The notes under the pieces: model-generated
What the model was told of the DNA's origin: nothing
Seen by the model: only the letters and a program-made list of their open reading frames with translations
Databases searched by the model: none
Shown here: piece by piece, positions 1-12,899 of the stretch
Numbering within the stretch: position 1 is the stretch's first letter
Layout of the letters: each line of letters begins with the position of its first letter
Made by a program: the position numbers and the translations under genes
Assembly (NCBI RefSeq): GCF_046119375.1
Contig: NW_027362762.1
Location: 776,116,001-776,180,000, forward strand
From: Phyllobates terribilis
Taxonomy: Eukaryota
Length of the DNA: 64,000 nucleotides
Direction: 5' to 3'

Positions 1-1373
1 CGTAGTTCTTTTCTGCAGGTGATAACTTCTGTGAAAGAAAAGCACAGGAATGCAAAAGATCTTTCTCACCTGTTCTCTGTGAAAGTATAGCCCCTATAGC
101 ACAGTCTAAGGCATCCACTTCCACTATGAAGGCCCGATCCGGGTCCGGATGTATGAGAGTGGGAGCGGACGTGAATTTAGACTTCAACCTGTCAAATGCT
201 GTCTGCGCTTGTGGTGACCAGACCAACAGCGTCTTTTTCCGTGTCAGTTGGATAATGGGTGAGACAATCTCCGAGAAATTTTTAATGAACCGTCTGTAGA
301 AATTGGCGAATGCAATAAATCGTTGCAGCTCCTTTAGTGTGTTGGGAATTGGCCACTCCTGAATGGCTTGAGTCTTGCTTGTATCCATGCTGAGACCCTG
401 GGGAGAAATAACATACCCCAAAAATTGAATTTCCGACTTGTGAAACTCGCATTTCTCCAACTTGATGTACAACTGATTTTGCCGTAGATGATCCAACACC
501 ATTCTCACATGCCGCTGATGATCCTCGAAGTTGCTGGAAAAAATTAAAATGTCATCCAAATAAACTATAACAAAAATATCGAGTATGTCTCTAAATATAT
601 CGTTTGCCAAGGGTTGAAAAGTAGCCGATGCGTTACGAAGTCCGAAAGGCATAACAAGATACTCAAAATGTCCGTAACGTGACCGGAAAGCTGTTTTCCA
701 TTCGTCACCAGGACGAATCCGTACTAAATTGTATGCTCCATGAAGGTCTAATTTTGTGAAGATTTTGGCATGTCGTATCCTCTCAAGTAATTCAGGAATT
801 AGTGGAAGCGGATAAGAATTTCTGACCGTAATTTTGTTGAGCTCACGATAATCAATACATGGTCGAAGTGAGCCGTCCTTCTTGTTCACAAAGAAGATTG
901 GGGCACCGGCTGGAGAGGAAGATGCTCGTATAAACCCCTTAGTTAAATTCTCATCTATATACTCTTTGAGAGCTTTTAGTTCAGGTCCGGCCAAAGGATA
1001 AATGCTACCAAACGGAATCGCGGCACCAGGTAAGAGTTCTATGGGGCAATCATACTGCCGGTGTGGTGGCAGCTTGTCCTTGTTCTTTTTATCACATACA
1101 TCTGCAAAATCTTGATATTCCATTGGTAGTTTTAGATCACTTACACATGCTGACCCGAATTAAAGCTGATTCCCTGGAAGACATCTGCCATTCTGGAAAC
1201 TGCAACTCCTTTGTTGCCCAGTTGATAGTAGGGTTTTGTAATTGTAGCCACGGTAAGCCTAAGATTACAGGAAAGTGGGGAGAAGAGATCAGCAAAAACG
1301 ACAGTCTTTCTGCATGGTCCGCCCCCATACGAACCTTCAATGCTGCTGTTTCAAGGTCAACAGGCCCGGATGC
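1..1373 (-). pseudogene. Gypsy pol (end of protease, RT, start of RNase H) with stops/frameshifts
   Basis: After TAA at 1374-1376 the frame continues with FPVILGLPWLQLQNPTINW. RT motifs YLDD and [14 protein letters not shown] follow. Confidence 0.9.
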
Positions 1374-2669
1374 TTACGGGGACCCATCCACGGTCTCCAT
1401 TAATACCGGTGCGATTCTCCTCTGTGGACGTATACCATGTTTTTTAGCGAATGCGATGTCCATGAAATTACCACTGGCTCCAGAGTCAACCATAGCAGAA
1501 CTAGTAACCCAGCCGGACTGAATCTTTATCTTGAGAGGAATGTAGCAGTGTGAATTTTTCTTTGAGCTCTCCGAGGCCGAAGTAGTGGAGCCTACTGAAA
1601 GAACGGCTGCACTCACGGGTGAAGATGTTTCTGAAGCACAGTCGGAGAAATCATAATCCTGGTCGGTTTCTTTATTCCGAGGAGGAATTTGATGAGAAAT
1701 TACTGAGACTTCGTCTGAGACGTCGTATTCGATCACTGCAGCCGTAGTCCTGCGAATTTTACTGGGACAATTTGAAATATAGTGACCAGATTTTCCGCAA
1801 TAGAAGCATAAATTTTCTCTGAAACGATGTTCCTTGCATGCGTCAGGGCGAGTTATTTGAATTGCATCCACCTGCATAGGTTCCGACTCCACCTGAAGTG
1901 AGGACTTATTCTGAGTTTCTCTGGAGGGAGGAGAAAAAGATAGCAAGTTGTTACGATTAGCATCTGCCCATCTCTCTTGCCGACGTTCTGTGAGGCGAAT
2001 ATCTATCTGAACACAATGGTTGATAAAGTCTCCCAGGGCAACAGGTGACTCCCCTCGTGCCAGCTCATCCTTAATTGCAGCGGATAAACCCCTCCTAAAC
2101 ACTGCATATCTTGCCGAATCGCACCACGTAGTGTCCAGCACCCACCTCCGAAACTCCATTGCATATTCTACGACAGAGCGCTTTCCCTGTTGGAGTGTCA
2201 ATAGTGCGGCTTCTGCTGTGGCACTCCGATTGGGATCACCAAACATTTGACCCTTTGCAGCAATAAAGTCTTTCAGCGAATTTAAACACATATCATCGGC
2301 TTCAATCAGAGGATTTGCCCAGGCAAGAGCTTTGTTAGTTAACAGCATTATCATGGTTAATACTTTTGCTCGTTCAGTTGGAAAGTGAGCTACCTGTTTA
2401 GAAAAATACAGTTGACACTGATTTAAAAACCCACGGAATTTTTCTCTTTCTCCACCAAACCTGAATGGCGGGAGTTTAGGAAAAGCCAGAGCCGAAGTTG
2501 GCATTGATACTGGAACCGGAGCTGTGGCTTCAGTCTCTTGAGTTGACAGGCGATTTGCTAATGCGTGAATGGACGAGTTGGCCACATTAGCATTATGATG
2601 AATTTGCGTCTCTAATGCCGCTAGTTTTGTTTTAGTAGCCTGCAGGTCTCCATGAAGTCCTGTGATATA
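1374..2669 (-). pseudogene. Gypsy gag-protease, main part (N-terminus displaced to 4301-4354 by the Tc1)
   Basis: ORF 2747..1374 includes Tc1 sequence at its start. It has a retrotransposon gag-like region (FRGFLNQCQLYF), a zinc knuckle and a DSGA protease motif in one frame. Confidence 0.9.
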
Positions 2670-4298
2670 CAGTACAGACCAAAAGTTTGGACACACCTTC
2701 TCATTTAAAGATTTTTCTGCATTTTCATGACTATGAAAATTGTACATTCATACTGAAGGCATCAAAACTATGAATTAACACATGTGGAATTATATACTTA
2801 ACAAAAAGTGTGAAACAACTGAAAATATGTCTTATATTTTAGGTTCTTCAAAGTAGCCACCTTTTGCTTTGATGACTGCTTTGCACACTCTTGGCATTCT
2901 CTTGATGAGCTTCAAGAGGTAGTCACCGGAAATTGTTTTCACTTCATAGGTGTGCCCAGTCAGGTTTAATAAGTGGGATTTCTTGCCTTATAAATGGGGT
3001 TGGGACCGTCAGTTGTGTTGTGCAGAAGTCTGATGGATACACAGCTGATAGTCCTACTGAATAGACTGTTAGAATTTGTATTATGGCAAGAAAAAAGCAG
3101 CTAAGTAAAGAAAAACGAGTGGCCATCATTACTTTAAGAAATGAAGGTCAGTCAGTGCGAAAAATTGGGAAAACTTTGAAAGTGTCCCCAAGTGCAGTAG
3201 CAAAAACCATCAAGCGCTACAAAGAAACTGGCTCACATGAGGACCGCCCCAGGAAAGGAAGACCAAGAGTCACCTCTGCTTCTGAGGATAAGTTTATCTG
3301 AGTCACTAGCCTCAGAAATATCAGGTTAACAGCAGCTCAGATTAGAGTCCAGGTCAACGCCACACAGAGTTCTAGCAGCAGACACATCTCTTCAACAACT
3401 GTTAAGAGGAGACTTTGTGCAGCAGGCCTTCATGGTAAAATAGCTGCTAGGAAACCACTGCTAAGGACAGGCAACAAGCAGAAGAGACTTGTTTGGGCTA
3501 AAGAACACAAGGAATGGACATTAGACCAGTGGAAATCTGTGCTTTGGTCTGATGAGTCCAAATTTGAGATCTTTGGTTCCAACAACCGTGTCTTTGTGCG
3601 ACGCAGAAAAGGTGAACGAATGGAATCTACATGCCTGGTTCCCACCATGAAGCATGGAGGAGGAGGTGTGATGGTGTGGGGGTGCTTTGCTGGTGACATT
3701 GTTGGGGATTTATTAAAAATTGAAGGCATATTGAACCAGCATGGATACCACAGCATCTTGCAGCGGCATGCTATTCCATTCGGTTTGCGCTTAGTTTGAC
3801 CATCATTAATTTTTTAACAGGACAATGACCCCAAACACACCTCCAGGCTGTGTAAGGGCTATTTGACCAAGAAGGAGAGTGATGGGGTGCAACGCCAGAT
3901 GACCTGGCCTCCACAGTTACCCGACCTAAACCCAATCGAGATGGTTTGGGGTGAGCTGGACCGCAGAGTGAAGGCAAAAGGGCCAACAAGTGCTAAGCTT
4001 CTCTGGGAACTCCTTCAAGATTGTTGGAAGACCATTTCCGGTGACTAACTCTTGAAGCTCATCAAGAGAATGCCAAGAGTGTGCAAAGCAGTCATTAAAG
4101 CAAAAGGTGGATACTTTGAAGAACCTAGAATATAAGACATATTTTCAGTTGTTTCACAGTTTTTTGTTAAGTATATAATTCCACATGTGTTAATTCATAG
4201 TTTTGATACCTTCAGTGTGAATGTACAATTTTCTTAGTCATGAAAATACAGAAAAATCTTTAAATGAGAAGATGTGTCCAAACTTTTGGTCTGTACTG
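2670..4298 (+). mobile_element. Full-length Tc1/mariner DNA transposon (1629 bp)
   Basis: TA duplications at 2668-2669 and 4299-4300. Termini CAGTACAGACCAAAAGTTTGG and CCAAACTTTTGGTCTGTACTG. Inverted repeats ~260 bp long. Confidence 0.97.
3083..4135 (+). pseudogene. Tc1 transposase (DD34E), single frame with 4 premature stops
   Basis: MARKKQLSKEKR...GRPR...WSDESKF...QDNDPKH...PDLNPIEMVW...GGYFEEPRI*. Confidence 0.93.
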
Positions 4299-4300
4299 TA

Positions 4301-4354
4301 TGTGCATATTTTCTTTAGACGCACCTCCACAGTATCTGACCCAGCGAACTCCAT
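4301..4354 (-). pseudogene. Gypsy gag N-terminus (MEFAGSDTVEVRLKKICT)
   Basis: ATG at 4354. Removing the Tc1 plus one TA restores the frame into YITGLHGDLQ. Confidence 0.85.
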
Positions 4355-4375
4355 TCTTTTGAGGCTTGTGTATTC

Positions 4376-4938
4376 TGTCAGCTATATACTTTATACTTAT
4401 GGAGATCGATAGCGTGGGTCGGAGTGAAGACAAACACGATATATCGTATTAACAGGATATATTGAAGCAGGCAAGCATATATTATAGCAAGCTGGTATAG
4501 GCAATAAGCGATCAGTAAACAGTCTCTGGAAACGGTTGTGATGTCAGTACAAACCGATAGATGTCCCAGGTCCAGAAACGCACAGTCCACGAGATCCTGA
4601 GCCCGGACCAGGCTCCTTGCAGAGAGCAAGCTGAACTGCAGGTGGATGCAGAGCGGGTCTTTGCACACAGATGAAAGTCTGGATAAACGGCAGGCAGGTA
4701 ACAGGTGGGAAATCCCAATGTAGAGAAGCAACAGGCACGATGCAAGTCCTTCAAGCTTGGCAGCAGGTAAGATACAAGATACACAAGCAAAGTATAGTTG
4801 GCCAGAGTCTCTTTATATACATAGCAAACAGGAAACAGGAGATATCAGACAGGAAACAAGATGGCCCCCGAGGCTGTCAACTCCATTTCGGATAAGGGCA
4901 GAACCAAACAGAACAGATACATGATTCAGCTCCTTACA
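4376..4938 (-). repeat. Gypsy 5' LTR (~563 bp)
   Basis: Minus strand starts TGTAAGG at 4938 and ends TGACA at 4376. TATA-like TATATAAA near 4812-4820. A short leader then precedes the gag ATG. Confidence 0.75.
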
Positions 4939-4959
4939 AATAGATTGCGTATTCCATGT

Positions 4960-5600
4960 CACATTTGAAGGGCCTTTGACATGCCAAAACAGCATAAACC
5001 CCCACAAGTGACCCAATTTTGGAATCTACACCTCTTGTGGAATTCATCTAGAGGTTGAGCATGTTTAATCCTCAGGCTATTCATAGAAATGTATAACATT
5101 GTACTGAGTCAATGGAAAATTACTATTTTTTCCACTAAAATGTTGCTTTAGCCCAAGTTTTCAATTTTGAAAAGGGATAATGACAGAAAATTAATGTTAC
5201 AATTTGTTATACAATTTCTCCTGAGTGCAACAATACCCCATATGTGGTTGAAAACTACTTTTGAGGCACAGTGCAAAGCTAAGAAGGGAAGAAGCGCCAT
5301 ATCAGAGTTCAGATTTTTCTGGTATGGTTGGAGAGTGCCATTGGCAGAGCTTCTGAGGTGAACAGCAGGACCCCCCATAAGTGATCCCCTTTCACAAGCT
5401 ACACCTCTCAATAAAATCATGTAAGGGTGCAGTGATCATATTGACACCCCTGTGTGTCACAGAATTTTATACCATTGGGTGGTGAAAAAAAAAAAAATAC
5501 ATTTTAGCTCAAATATTTTGATTTAGCCCCAGATTTTACATTGTCATATGGAGAAATGTGTAAAAATGACACCAAAATTTGTCACACAATTTCTGCTGAA
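4960..5600 (+). repeat. Internal fragment of the same non-autonomous family as 29094-33368
   Basis: Shares gtcacatttgaag...acatgccaaaacagca...cccccacaagtgaccc with ~30920-31300. Confidence 0.6.
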
Positions 5601-5639
5601 CATGGCAATAAACAACATGTGGCTGGACAGTACTGCAGG

Positions 5640-5893
5640 GTTGCTTTCTAATTACTGATAGATTTCAGGTAGTGTCACAACTTTCAATGACTTTTTGCAC
5701 CACTCTTTCTTCTTGTGTTCCATACTTTTTCCCTGTGTCATTTCTCATACATAGCTTAATTTATGGACATCTATGGTGTGGTTTGTTTGGCTGTGCGGAT
5801 AGGATGGGTTGTTGCCGACATTTGGTGAGAATTTAATGTCATATATTTACTTTAAAAAATTGGTGACATGTTCAATACTTATTTCACCCGCTG
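5640..5893 (-). mobile_element. Tc1 terminal fragment
   Basis: Ends ...atacttatttcacccgctg and is homologous to the Tc1 end at ~23730-23994. Confidence 0.75.
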
Positions 5894-6041
5894 TGAAAGC
5901 CTGCCCATGTGTGTGTTTATATGTACTGTATGCAAATATATGTGTATTGAAACAATTCCGGCCAAAATTGGAGGCTGGCACGATTAGGCGGACTGCGCAG
6001 CGGGAATGAAGAGGCTTGGGATTCCAAGACAATTTTTATCA

Positions 6042-6086
6042 ATACCAACGCGTTTCTGCGCCGTACCGGCGCCTTTCTCAAGGTAT
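6042..6086 (-). ncRNA. Minimal hammerhead-ribozyme-like motif (Penelope type)
   Basis: Minus strand reads ATACC-TTGAGAA-A-GGCGCC-GGTAC-GGCGCA-GAAA-CGCG-TT-GGTAT: 5-bp stem I, stem II, GAAA, palindromic CGCG. The core has U3/A8 in place of C3/G8. Confidence 0.55.
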
Positions 6087-6742
6087 AAAAACCTCTCTCT
6101 TTAGAGATCCAATGAACATGCAGGGATTGTCTGCCACACACTGTAATGCCGTAGCCATGTTTGTTGTGGGCATTACGGTGATTGGCTGGCCGCACAGCGT
6201 CATCAGGTGTAATTAGTATAGGTATTCCACAACATATATCTATATCCATCTGAACCAACAGTCCTTCTGAGCACTAATCCAGCAGCATATAATCAGTGCT
6301 AGGCAGGCAGGCAGTGTATGTGGCAGACTGCAGTGTATACAGCACAAGAGGGTCCATTGAACATACTGTCTGCTGCTGCTGTAATATTAACAGATATTTC
6401 TAGACAGCCCCAGATATCAAGATATCTTAATCCTGCTTATTTGCTTATAAAGCAATCCAGAGTACACCATTTTTCTGCACACTGCAGAATAAAGCCAGAT
6501 ATGTTCCATATTACAGCGATAAAAATCCAGGAATTTTAACTGAACGTGGAAAATATTGGAGTCCTTTTCCATTCTGTTGCAGTGTGTCGGTGAAACTATT
6601 CACACTAGGTCTCCGTGTAGAATAATATTAGTAAATAACAGGCCTGTTAAAATCGTGGTTCTCTGTCAGACATATCATATATAACTGCGTTCCAAAATCA
6701 GCCATTTCTCGTGAACGTGGAAAATATTGTCCTCCATTTAAA

Positions 6743-9700
6743 ATGGACAAGGTAGGTGGCAAGGGATGGGAAAGTGGACGTGATGGTGATGGTGCATGCA
6801 GAGGCTGACGATGTGGCCATGGGCAAGGTGAAATTGTGCCATAACAAACACCCACATCTTCTCGCTGGACCTTCCTGTCCCAATTACCAGGGGACTGTAG
6901 AGCACCACTATTGAACACAGAGCAGTGTGAAAAGGTTATTGGTTGGATAGCAGATAATGCTTCCAGTCACTTGGCCACCACCACCACCACCCTGTCTTCC
7001 ACATTGTCAAGCCTCAGTAGCCGTGAGTCTGGACCGCATATTCCTCACCCCGATCCTCTTTCCTCCCACCATGCCGATTGCCCGAAGACAACTGATACCA
7101 CACTTGGACACTCAGAAGAGCTGTTCACTTTTCCATTTGTAGATTCAGGCCTTTCGCCCGGCCAGCTTCAAGCGAGTGAAGAGGAGAACATGTGTAGCTA
7201 TGCCCAAATATTGGAGAAGCCACGGTCACACAAAGGTGACGGTGATAAAGTGCAAATACTGTTGCAAGAGGTGGATGATGATGATGAGAAACAATTGCCA
7301 GAAAGTCAGGAGGAGGACCAGGGTGCGGAAGTGGAAGACTAGGTGGTGGATGATATAGTAACTGATCCAATCTGGCAGAGGGACACACAGAGCGAGGACA
7401 GCAGCACACAGGGGGAGGAAGGCATAGCACCACAACAGACAGGAAGAAGCAGTGTGGTGGCCGCAGACACGGGGCGGGAAAACGTTCCTCGTAACACCAA
7501 CATGACGGAAGTTGCCAGTACAACTGTTAGGTCTTCCAGAGTCTGGTTATTTTTTAAAGACTCTGCAGATAACCCCAAAAAGGCCTTTTGCACCACCTGC
7601 CAGGCCAGCATCAGCAGGGGAAGCAAAACTACCAGCCTGACCACCACCAGCATGATCAGGCACATGGAAGCAAAGCACCCGACTAAGTGTGCAGAACCTC
7701 AGGGTCCAGCACCAGTGTCTGTGGGTGACACCACTGCTTGTTCCACTGTTGTGCGTGCACGCCAATTCTCTGCCCATGGCGCATGCCAAGATGCCTCCCG
7801 CCCTGCACCTGTCGTTGAACACTCTCAACCAGCACGATCAGCAAGCACGTCCCCATCCTTGTCCCAGCACAGCATTCAGTTGTCCCTACCCCAGTCCTTG
7901 GAACGCAGGCACAAATACGCAGCCAACGCCCCACAGGCCACACTACTAAATTCACACATTTCGCTAATGCTTGCACTTGAAATGTTGCGTTTTAAGCTCA
8001 TAGAGACAGAAGCTTTCCGCAAACTCATGGCGGCAGCCGTCCCTCGGTACTCTGTCCCCAGCCGCCACTATTTCTCCCGGTGTGCCCTCCCCCGCATTAC
8101 ATGAACACGTGTCCCACTATATTGGACGTGCCCTCAACAACGCAGTTAATGGGAAAGTCCACATAACCACGGACATGTGGATAAGTGCTTGTGGGCAGGG
8201 ACAGTACATCTCACTGATGGCACACTGGGTTAATACGTTGGAAGCCGGGACCCAGTGGGACCTTGGAACGGAACATGTCCTCCCGACGCCGAAGTTTCCG
8301 GGCCCTAGGTCAATCAGGGTTGCCCCCACATTCTACAGCTCCTTCAACTCCTCCTCCTCTTCAGAATCCATCTCCAATATTACCACATCAGTCACAAGCT
8401 GGAAGCACTGCAGCACTGCCTCGGCCAAGCAGCAACAGGCTGTGCTGAAGCTAATATGCTTAGGTGATAAACCACACAACGCTGAAGAGTTGTGGAGAGC
8501 TCTGAAAGAGCAGGTGGATCTCTGGCTGACACCGCTGACCCTACAGACAGGCATGGTCGTGTGTGGCAATGGCCGGAATCTGGTGGCGGCTCTGAGGTGA
8601 GGCGAGCTCAAACATGTAAAATGCCTGGCCCATGTGATTTTAGAGTCAGCTACAGCTTCCGCCGCCATTGCCATGCTTCAGCAGCGTTTGCAGCTTCAAG
8701 CTCACCGACTAATCTGCGATTTCCCCATGCGTTGGAACTCTACATTGCAGATGTTGGGAAGGATTTGTCAGCAGAAGAAGGCGGTTGTTGACTACCAGCA
8801 TCGACAAGGCCATCGGTATTCAGGTCAGACTCCAAACATAAACCCTCTGGAGTGGACATGGGAGCCACACATCTATACCATCCTCCAAAACTTTGAGGAC
8901 TCCACCAAGATGGTGAGCAGCAATGACGCCATAATTAGATAATCCCGCTTCTCTGTCTTCTGAAACATTCTCTGCTCTCAATTAAAGAGGATGCATTGCA
9001 GACGGAGCACGATGAGATGGAGCAAAGAACCATACAGGGAGATTACACACAGCCCAGCCTCATCTCATCCCAATGTGGATTGGGTGACAATGAGGAAGAG
9101 GAGGAGGAAGAACAGGAGCTAGTTTCCTGCGCTATAGACGGTACTACCTGCACAGCTGTCATACCGTCTGTTCAGCGTGGATGGCCTGAGGACAGGGAGG
9201 AGGAGGATGAGGAGGAGAGCATGGTCAGTCGTCCTTTTGGTGAGGACACGGAAGTATTGCCTCTTTGCAGTCTGGCACAAATGGCTCAGTTTATTATAGG
9301 CTGCCTTTCCCATGACCCTTGCGTTGTCCAAATTTTGGGTGACAGTCATTGCTGGTTGGTGACGCTTCTAGACTCATGCTACAGGGAGAACTTTATGTCT
9401 CTTATTCCCTTGCAGGAAAGGCCTAATAAAATGGTGCAGTACGAGAAGTCCCTTGTTGCGCAATTAGTGAAAAAATTCCCATCTGAAAACGCTGACGGCA
9501 GAGGTCACAGTTCATTGGACAACCAAGGAGTACAGGCGAGAAAGACACAAATGCAATCCAGCAGAGGCACTGTCAAAGTTCTGGGACAGTTTTATCAGAC
9601 CCTCCCATCGCACAGGCCCTGAGGCGCGGGGTACTCTCACAAGGAGTGCAACGTTTGGGAAGGTCCTGAGAGAGTACCTTTCCGACCGTAACAACATCCT

Positions 9701-9750
9701 CCGTGACTCCTCTGTGAAACAGGATGTGTCTGATAATGTGTCATACACCA
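6743..9750 (+). pseudogene. hAT transposase remnant with BED zinc finger
   Basis: WLFFKDSADNPKKAFCTTC...MIRHMEAKH (BED), VHITTDMW, CDFPMRWNSTLQML, WLVTLLDS. Broken across ORFs 6911, 7343, 8082, 8634 and 8996. Confidence 0.9.
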
Positions 9751-10139
9751 CATGGCCAGATAAGGTTGTAAAATGTTAAAATGACATTTCCTGGAGAATG
9801 CATTTGTTTAAACAATAACGTAAAAAAAGCAAAACACAGTAGGTCGCCAATGTAACCTCAATGTAATCACATTGTTCAGCTCCTGCACTTACTACCAGTT
9901 CGGCCTCCATCTCCGAAAGACCACATCAGTCACAAGCTGAAAACACTGCAGCACTGCCTTGGCCAAGTGGCAATAGGCTGTGCTGAAGATAACATGCTTA
10001 ATGCTTAGGTGACAAACCGCCCACCACAGCAGAGTTGTTGAAAGCTGTAACACAGCAGTCTGATCTGTGGCTCTCAACGCTGAACATTCAGCCAGGCATG
10101 GTCATGTGTGACAATGGGTGGAAACTGGTGATGGAGAAA

Positions 10140-11800
10140 TGACAGCTGGGGTAGATACGGTTCCCAAAAGTCAGTCCTTTCACCAAGCTAAAAAATATGG
10201 CTGTGGTGAAATATAACTCATCGACAAGCTAGCTGTGGACTGGCTCCGTACCGTCCCTGGCCACATTCACTTGACCACGTGTTTGTGGTTAGGCGGGCCT
10301 TCACAGTAAGTGCACTGGGGGGGGCACAGGTAATGTTGTTTGACCCATCCTTGTGAAAGGCGGAGACGACACCGGGACAAATAGTGGCGGCTGGTGAACA
10401 AGTATGGACTCTTGGCCGCCGCTGCCAAGAGGTTGTGGACAGCTTCCCCCTCTACGAGCCTAAAAGCCCACATTTCAAGTGTAGGCAGCTTTAGAGGACT
10501 TCCTGGGAGAAATGACAGCTGTAGTAGATATGGTTTCCCAAGTCCTTTCACCAAGCTAAAGAATATGGCTGTGGTGACATACAATTCTCAGAAAAAAAGC
10601 TGTGGACTGGCTCCATACCATTCCTGACCATATTCACTTGACCACGTGTTTGTGGTTAGGTGGTCCTTCCCTGTAAGTGCACTGGGAAGGGCATGGGTAA
10701 TGTTGTGGGCCCGTGGTTGGGGAAGGCGGAGACAACACCGGGATAAATAGTGGCAGCTGGGGACCGAGTATGGACACCCGGATGCCGCCGCCATGAGGTT
10801 GTGGACAGCTTCCGCCTCCACGAGCCTAAAAGGCCACATTTCAAGTGCAAGCAGCTGTCAAAAATTTGGCAGTATAGTATTGCAGCCTATGGGTGGGTGG
10901 GTGGCTGGCTGCAGACTTGCGCTTGCATTCCAAGTAACAGAAAACTAAGCAAATGGTGGCCTCTATCGTCATCATGGCCTTACCTCAACACTATGAACTC
11001 TCCTGAAGGAGAAGCCAGGGCACACCAGAGGAGTCTATGGTTCTCTGGTGGGCCCATCCAACTCCGAGAAGCAACCCTGGCTAAGAAAAGTGTGTGGGTG
11101 TGGGAAGGTACCCGGACACTCTATGGCTGCCTTTTTAATGTGAATTGGACGTGCTTATTCATGCTATTTCTGAAACCGCATTGCAGATCAGGCCATTGCC
11201 CAACTCTGTAGTCATGAAATTAAATGGCAAAGAAAGATGTTTGTGTGTCAAAACACCACCGACAAGAGCAAGCTGACGTTGGTCGGGCTGCCATTGCTTA
11301 TGCAACAAGCTGCATTTTAGGACTTCCTGTGAGAGATGTCAGCTGGAGCAGATACGGTTTCCCAAGTCAGTCCTTTCACCGACCTAAAAAATATGGCTGT
11401 AGTGAAATACAACTTACCGACAAACTGTGGACTTGCTCCGTACCATCCCTGGCCACATTCACTTGTCCACGTGTTTGTGGTTAGGAGGTCTTTCCCAGTA
11501 AGTGGACTGGGGAGGGCATGGGTAATGTTGTAGGACCCATGCTTGTGGAAGCCTCCACAAGCCTAAAATGCCCCATTTCAAGTGCAAGCAGCTGTCAAAA
11601 ATTTGGCAGAATAGTATTGCAGCCTGTGGTGGGTGGCCGGCTGGCTGTACACTTGCGCTTCCATTCCAAGGAATGGGGTAGGGGCAACTGAATGCTGCAC
11701 TGGGACTAGGATGTGAGCGGTGATTGTTGCCAGTCTGCAATGACAGGTGCATGGCATGAGGCATCTTCGCATGTGCCAAGGATCACTTATGATGGGCACA
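10140..11800 (-). repeat. Three imperfect copies of a ~350-bp hAT transposase segment, inverted relative to the main remnant
   Basis: Units start near 10140, 10513 and 11336. Minus-strand translations (AFRLVE.EAVHNL.AAA...PSRHYLSRC...HLTTNTWS) match 7960-8200. Confidence 0.75.
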
Positions 11801-12899
11801 CTTAGTAAGTGACCTGAGAGTTAGAGATGCTTCCAGGGGTCTTCCCCATGCTGTTCCGATGTCTTTTCAGCACTGTATGCATGTGTCTGATGATGTGTTA
11901 CACACAACATGGCCAGATAAGATTGTAAAATGTTATAATGACATTTCTGGGTGAATGTATTTGTCTTGGTTGAAAGCAATGCAAAAATGCAAAAACGCAT
12001 CAAAAACACTACGTGTGAATATAGCCCAAGGTGTGGAGGAGCATTTTTGTTTTTGATTATTTATTTTGCGTTATATACAAGTCATTACCCTGGAAAGGAT
12101 GTTCTTTAACATATTTCCCAGGAAAATTGGTTTCGTTTTTGCATGTTTTATTGTGAGTCCGCAAAAGTAGAATAATACCTCTGACAACGTTGTTGACAGC
12201 AATGTCCTTGGAGTCAGAAATGCTTCTAGGAGTCTTCCCCGTTCTGTTCCCATGAGCACTGTTCCCGTCGATTTGGGCAATTTTTAGGCCCTCTGCAGAC
12301 CGCCGGGGAGGGCGCTGGAAAAATGCTTAAGTTTCCCATAGACTTACATTGGGCTCGTTGCTCGGTCCGTGCACTCGAGCATTCCAATTTGCTCGACCCG
12401 AGTAATGAGTACCCAAGCATTTTAGTGCTCGATCATCATTACTTGTGAATCATCCTCCATACTCCTAACGTTTGCAAATAATGGACCCAATTTATTAAGA
12501 CTCCAAATGATGGACGTAATAGTGTAAGATGAATCTTACAACTTGTGAGCATCTCCATGCAGCTCCGCCAGAAATGTTACTCCAGTCAGGAGTAACATTT
12601 TTGTTGTAAGATACGCCACAATTTTTCATCTGCTTTGCCAAAGTTCCCTCCAGCTCCATCTCTGCCCACTTTGGTAGAGCTGGGTGAAATTTGTGTGAAA
12701 ACGTCAAATGTTTCAACATTTTTGCACAACTTCATGTTTCTCAAAAATGTTATGACATATGAAGGTGTTTTACACTAGAGAACAGTAAATCATAAATCAG
12801 GCCCATAATTTTTCTTATAAGCTATTAAAGTTATCACTCTTCTGTGTTTTTTCCACACAAGAATTCAGCACTCAATACTGTAAGCACTCTTGAAACTGC

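Larger units (their letters stand above)
1..4938 (-). mobile_element. Ty3/Gypsy LTR retrotransposon (5' LTR, gag-pro-pol), decayed, interrupted by Tc1; continues beyond the left window edge
   Basis: Minus-strand gag with CCHC knuckle (CFYCGKSGHYISNC), protease (MVDSGASGNF) and RT (VYLDD at ~551-565; [20 protein letters not shown]). LTR lies upstream. Confidence 0.95.
6095..12441 (+). mobile_element. Old, rearranged hAT element
   Basis: Left-end interior motif at ~6118-6180 is shared with 62105-62195. Transposase remnants follow. Degenerate right TIR gtgctcgatcatcatta ends at 12441. Confidence 0.75.

Noticed and set aside
1374-2747. Domesticated gag gene (PEG10/RTL-like)
   Set aside because: It lies in an LTR-gag-pol context, is interrupted by Tc1, and pol is decayed.
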